Shown here piece by piece: positions 59,836 to 64,000 of a DNA stretch of 64,000 nt; within the stretch, counting starts at the first letter, position 1, and every line of letters starts with the position of its first letter. The DNA comes from Promethearchaeota archaeon (GTDB lineage Archaea > Asgardarchaeota > Lokiarchaeia > Sigyniarchaeales > SOKP01): assembly GCA_029838195.1 (NCBI GenBank), contig JALGVJ010000003.1:96001-160000 (forward strand). Reading direction: 5' to 3'. The notes under the pieces were generated by a model that had not been told where the DNA came from, made no database searches, and worked only from the letters and a program-made list of their open reading frames with translations. The position numbers and the translations under genes were made by a program.

Positions 59836-60645
59836 ATGTCCGGTAGAATTAGTTTATTAAGGTTAGATTATGCGTTTTCCGTATTAATTCCCTTGTTATT
59901 AGCCATTTTTCTAAATAAATTAAATTTGTTTCACCATTTAGATATTTTAATTGGTTTCTTGTTTTTAGCCATTACCGGAAATACATGGAATGATGTCATC
60001 GACATGAAAAATCCTGAGGACATGGACACTTTAAAACGGGTGGAGGGATATCATCCAAAGGAAATTTTTACAATTGGATTGGCGAGTTTTATACTAGGAA
60101 TGACATTATTACTACGCACGTGTCTTCAACATTTTCTTAATTTTATTATTCTCCTTTCCATTATTGCCATGGTGTTGTTATATTGCATAGTATTTAAACC
60201 CATTCCGATTTTAAACAATATTCTATTAAATATTTCTCACGTCCTCTTGCCCTATTTCATGATAAAAATTGATGCTAATTTACCTTTAATGCGTGGTGAA
60301 GAATGGACGGTAATTTTAGGGTTTCTTTGTTTTGCCTTCAATGCTCAAGTAGTCCATGAGGTCATTGATGGTGAGGCTATTCTTAAAAAACTTAGTTTAA
60401 GACGTTGTCAAATAATCATCCAAATTTCTGCCTTAATAACCTTGATTTTAGGCATCGGAGCAGTCATTTTAACTAATATTTATTACTTCTTTCCCTTCAT
60501 ATTTTTTCCACTGGGAATAATGTACACGTTTCGACGTCCTACCACATCTACGAAAGGTGTAAAAGATGTAGGGTTATTAAGCGGTAATTTTTTGTTAATT
60601 TATTTTCTCTGCTTGATCGCCCTTCAAATGACGGGCATGATTTAA
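59836..60645 (+). CDS. UbiA-family prenyltransferase
   Basis: LLR N-terminus, Asp-rich GNTWNDVIDMKNPEDMD, LLY...KPIP..NN and HEVIDGE; multi-TM. Confidence 0.75.
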   Translation: MSGRISLLRLDYAFSVLIPLLLAIFLNKLNLFHHLDILIGFLFLAITGNTWNDVIDMKNPEDMDTLKRVEGYHPKEIFTIGLASFILGMTLLLRTCLQHFLNFIILLSIIAMVLLYCIVFKPIPILNNILLNISHVLLPYFMIKIDANLPLMRGEEWTVILGFLCFAFNAQVVHEVIDGEAILKKLSLRRCQIIIQISALITLILGIGAVILTNIYYFFPFIFFPLGIMYTFRRPTTSTKGVKDVGLLSGNFLLIYFLCLIALQMTGMI

Positions 60646-60670
60646 GAGATTTTATTTTTTAATAATTTTT

Positions 60671-61480
60671 TTAAAAATACATTCGTATCGCCACGCCCAT
60701 CAATATTATTGCTACAAAAAATTGTAAAGTCACCCTTGGCATTCGGTAAGAGATTCTTGCCCCTAAAAAAGCTCCAAATACAGATCCAATTCCTAAAAAC
60801 ATGCCAATTAGATAATTAACATGTCCGGTAATACTTTTGATGATAACATTATATATGGCGGTAAAAAAAATCATGGACGTGGATATTGCCGTAGAATTAT
60901 GAATGGGAAATCCTAATAATATATTTAAAGTAGGGGTGTAAATCACTCCGCCTCCGATCCCAAGTAAATTTGCCGTAAATCCTCCTAAAATGAATAAAGG
61001 TATTCCTTTTTTAAGGTTGGTCTTATAATCATGTTCCTTCAATGAAAAAGGTGAATTTTCCTGAGAATTTTGGGGCAATTCTTTCTTTTTTCTTCTAGTC
61101 AATATCCCTTTTCGAATCATGTTTAATCCCGTTAATATCAATAAGGTAGCAAAAATAAATCTTAGAACAGTATTATTTAAAATAACGAAAGAAAAAATGA
61201 TTGTACTTAATAGACTTCCTAATATCGAAAAACAACCGAAAATCAGCGACAATTTAATATCCGTACGCTTTTGTCTCAAATAGGTAATGAATCCTGAGGT
61301 TGAAGAAATGAGAATTACAAAGGTGGAGGTATCAATTGCTTGATTAATGGGAAGAAAAAAGAGTAAAGTAAGACTCGGCACGTAGAGAACACCGCCCCCT
61401 ACTCCCGCAATGGTAGAAACGATTCCAATGACCACACCTAAGATGATCAACAAAATAATTATAGAAACAGATAGTTCCAT
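60671..61480 (-). CDS. TauE/SafE (TSUP) sulfite-exporter family permease
   Basis: Duplicated GVGGGVLYVP / GIGGGVIYTP motifs. Confidence 0.9.
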   Translation of the reverse strand: MELSVSIIILLIILGVVIGIVSTIAGVGGGVLYVPSLTLLFFLPINQAIDTSTFVILISSTSGFITYLRQKRTDIKLSLIFGCFSILGSLLSTIIFSFVILNNTVLRFIFATLLILTGLNMIRKGILTRRKKKELPQNSQENSPFSLKEHDYKTNLKKGIPLFILGGFTANLLGIGGGVIYTPTLNILLGFPIHNSTAISTSMIFFTAIYNVIIKSITGHVNYLIGMFLGIGSVFGAFLGARISYRMPRVTLQFFVAIILMGVAIRMYF

Positions 61481-61618
61481 GGATATTAGAGTGTTGAATC
61501 TTTATATTTAGTTTATGAAAAGATAACAAATAATAAGGATAATGTTCTTATAACCTATAGTACTTTACATCATCGGGTTCGTGAAATTTACTATAATTAC
61601 CATTCATTTTTTCTTAAA

Positions 61619-62014
61619 ATGTCAGATCCAAAAAACAATAAAATGATTCTTGAATTAGTTGCATGTTCTAAATGCGGAAATCCATACATGAAAAAAAAAG
61701 ATGAAGAAGAAAAAGAATTAATTTGTGAAAATTGTATAAAATTAGAAGAGAGAAAACGCAAGTTAGCAATTGAAGTGTTTGATAATGTTATCGAAGTAGA
61801 AAACGAAATGGAAAAATGCATTAATGAAATGAAAAATCAATTAAATATTGCGAAAGCTCAATTTAATAAAAAATATTTTTTAGAAAACATTAAAAAAAGA
61901 TCTCAAACCCTTCTGAAATCAATCGAATTAATTGAAAAAATTAATGAAACTAATGATGAGAAATATCTTGAAGAATATAAAAAATTATTTCTTGAAAAAT
62001 TGAAAAAGAAATAA
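61619..62014 (+). CDS. Hypothetical zinc-ribbon plus coiled-coil protein
   Basis: CSKC...CENC followed by a charged helical region. Confidence 0.7.
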   Translation: MSDPKNNKMILELVACSKCGNPYMKKKDEEEKELICENCIKLEERKRKLAIEVFDNVIEVENEMEKCINEMKNQLNIAKAQFNKKYFLENIKKRSQTLLKSIELIEKINETNDEKYLEEYKKLFLEKLKKK

Positions 62015-62153
62015 AAAATCAAGGTTTTTTTTAAAAAATTCTTTCAAAACCTCATTCTTTGAAGATTCTTCTCATCTATATTTTCAAAGCTCAATCTTTT
62101 TTAAGGGTTAATAATAATTGTGACTAATTATTTTAATTTAGAGCGAAAAAATC

Positions 62154-62747
62154 ATGAATGAAGGAGACATCTCTCTTCCTCGAGAGAATTTTTGGAAAAC
62201 ACAAATTATGAACCATAAAATCGCATTCGTATTTGTACTCGTAGCCTGTCTGGTCTTTATAATTAATGCGGTAAGCGTGTTAATCTGGTACATGGAGACG
62301 TCTGCTATAGGAGGCTACGGCTCTTGGTCAATTAATCAATGGAGTTTAAAAGATGTAATAATTTTTATGATAATTCTAATCTCATGGGAATTATTGCTTG
62401 CAATTGCGCCTGCGGGAGTATTGTTTTTTATCGGAGGCTATCTTTTTTGGTGGAAACGTTTAACACCAGAAGAAAAGCAAGAATATAGGCAAAGAGAAGG
62501 AAAAAAAAATAAGAAAACATCGGGTAAGCACGGAGGAGGAAACATATTATCCTTTTTGTTGTTTATTGCTTTTTGTATTTATATCTTTATCGATGGAAAT
62601 TTCAGTACTCCTTTTGGAGAGCTCCCCTATAGTTATTTTATATACGCCTATTTATATACGATAATGTGGTTATTAATTATTTTTGGAATCCCTATTGCTA
62701 TTATCTTGACTATTGCTTATTTTAAAGCATGGCGTTATAATAAATGA
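62154..62747 (+). CDS. Hypothetical 4-TM membrane protein
   Basis: Two TM hairpins separated by a basic loop. Confidence 0.75.
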   Translation: MNEGDISLPRENFWKTQIMNHKIAFVFVLVACLVFIINAVSVLIWYMETSAIGGYGSWSINQWSLKDVIIFMIILISWELLLAIAPAGVLFFIGGYLFWWKRLTPEEKQEYRQREGKKNKKTSGKHGGGNILSFLLFIAFCIYIFIDGNFSTPFGELPYSYFIYAYLYTIMWLLIIFGIPIAIILTIAYFKAWRYNK

Positions 62748-62841
62748 ATTGAATAATGTAGGGATTTCATTTTTTTTTAATTAATCATGATATCTTCGAG
62801 AGATGATGGAAAATGTCATGAAATTTTAAAGAATATAATAT

Positions 62842-63663
62842 TTAATACTTTTTAACTAAAATTAAGCCAATGTTTCTCATTTTTCTAAAAGGGGTACAAT
62901 TTACATCCCATTTCATTATTTTTGAGAATATCTTAGCAATTACATCCCAAAAATGTTGAAATAATTTATTATTCGAATATAGATCTCTTAATTTCAAGAT
63001 AGATTCTTCCACTTTCTTTGAATGACTACTTTGAATTCGGGATATTGCCATTAACCTTCCATATACCCCAAATATTTTCAATATCTGAAATCCCATTTCG
63101 CTAAAAATTAAAATTAAATCTCTCGTTTCATATCTTCTATAATGTCCGATGATTTTATCTTGATTTGAATAAAATTTCATGCTATGAGGAACTGTAATTA
63201 TTAAAATGCCCCCCAATTTCATGATCCCATGGATTTCCTTAATCGCAAGCACATCGTTTTCAACATGCTCTAAAATATCTAAGGCAAATACAACATCAAA
63301 AACCTTCTTTCGATAAGGAACATGAGTTATTGCAGCACAAATGGGATGATAAAAGTTAAATACATTTTCTCGGGTGTTATTTAGATTAGATTTCCTAATA
63401 TATTGCTTTAGTGGAATTAAAGCAATGTCTAAAAAAGATTTGTGATTAACTCCGTTTAAATTAAAGAGGATTGAATTTCCTGAACATCCCAAATCCAGTA
63501 CATTTCGTGCTTTTATCCCTAAACTTATAAGGTTATGTTTTATAAGATCAAATTTACACCTAATTCCTGGCGAAATTTGATATTCTAATGAAGTCCTACA
63601 TGAAAAATTCACGTGTTTCTCGTAAAAAAAACGTTTATTCTCCGGGAATTGCGACTTAATCAA
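62842..63663 (-). CDS. Class I SAM-dependent methyltransferase (start codon uncertain)
   Basis: VLDLGCSG, FDVVFALDILEHV, GGILIITVP and HYRRY. Confidence 0.85.
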   Translation of the reverse strand: MIKSQFPENKRFFYEKHVNFSCRTSLEYQISPGIRCKFDLIKHNLISLGIKARNVLDLGCSGNSILFNLNGVNHKSFLDIALIPLKQYIRKSNLNNTRENVFNFYHPICAAITHVPYRKKVFDVVFALDILEHVENDVLAIKEIHGIMKLGGILIITVPHSMKFYSNQDKIIGHYRRYETRDLILIFSEMGFQILKIFGVYGRLMAISRIQSSHSKKVEESILKLRDLYSNNKLFQHFWDVIAKIFSKIMKWDVNCTPFRKMRNIGLILVKKY

Positions 63664-63806
63664 AATCCTCCTTACTCTCCTCCTTAGCCCCGCATTTATA
63701 AATTAGTTTGCTTATTTTCTTTATCTAACTTATTATGCTCTCTTTTTATTATAGTATTTATTATATTTTTTAATATATTAAAATTATTTTCAAGTGATAA
63801 CTACCC

Positions 63807-64000
63807 ATGAAATATAATTATTTCGATGAAAAAAGAGAAAAAACCCCATGGAATGAACTTGAAAAAAATATTATCAAACGCGGACAATGGACCTTGAAAC
63901 GATTATGGGATAACATCCCCTTTTTAAAAAAAAGATATCAAGAAGCAAACGTAAGCCCCGATTCCCTGAAAACTATTGACGATTTCCAAAAAATCCCCTT
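63807..64000 (+). CDS. Phenylacetate-CoA ligase family protein, 5' part (runs off the window; absent from the ORF track)
   Basis: ATG at 63807 gives MKYNYFDEKREKTPWNELEK...LKRLWDNIPFLKKRYQEANVSPDSLKTIDDFQKIP, the PaaK-type N-terminus. Confidence 0.7.
   Translation, partial: MKYNYFDEKREKTPWNELEKNIIKRGQWTLKRLWDNIPFLKKRYQEANVSPDSLKTIDDFQKIP

Noticed and set aside
1-64000. Prophage, integrase-bearing island, rRNA or tRNA genes
   Set aside because: I recognised no integrase, capsid, terminase or intact transposase motifs and no extended GC-rich structured RNA. A covariance-model scan would be needed to exclude small RNAs formally.

Overview
AT-rich archaeal chromosomal window, most consistent with an Asgard (Lokiarchaeia-like) genome. 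Support: archaeal uS15 and eS1, a histone-fold protein, an MglA-like small GTPase, an SCP2 protein, many MFS, CCG-domain and ferredoxin proteins, and large orphan membrane proteins. The taxon is an inference from gene content. About 45 CDS cover housekeeping, lipid/acyl-CoA catabolism, redox and transport. Two multi-gene systems stand out. (1) A 16-kb five-gene minus-strand operon (14874-30901) encodes a MacB/LolD-type ABC ATPase with extra terminal domains, two paralogous ~1000-aa FtsX/MacB-type permeases, a 1284-aa membrane-anchored surface protein and a 1621-aa membrane-anchored subtilase with a cytoplasmic double zinc ribbon. (2) A tightly coupled MoxR AAA+ / VWA / SWIM-TPR triad (47855-54366) has a VWA protein whose N-terminus resembles the ATPase lid. 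Other notable items are a tailed Bd0055-type short histone, a bacterial-type RNase III, a candidate Whirly-like ssDNA-binding protein, a half-TFS, two cargo segments bracketed by ~220-240-bp diverged direct repeats of neighbouring gene ends, and apparent CATG enrichment in intergenic DNA. I recognised no rRNA, tRNA or CRISPR array. All family calls come from motif recognition by eye, with no database searches.
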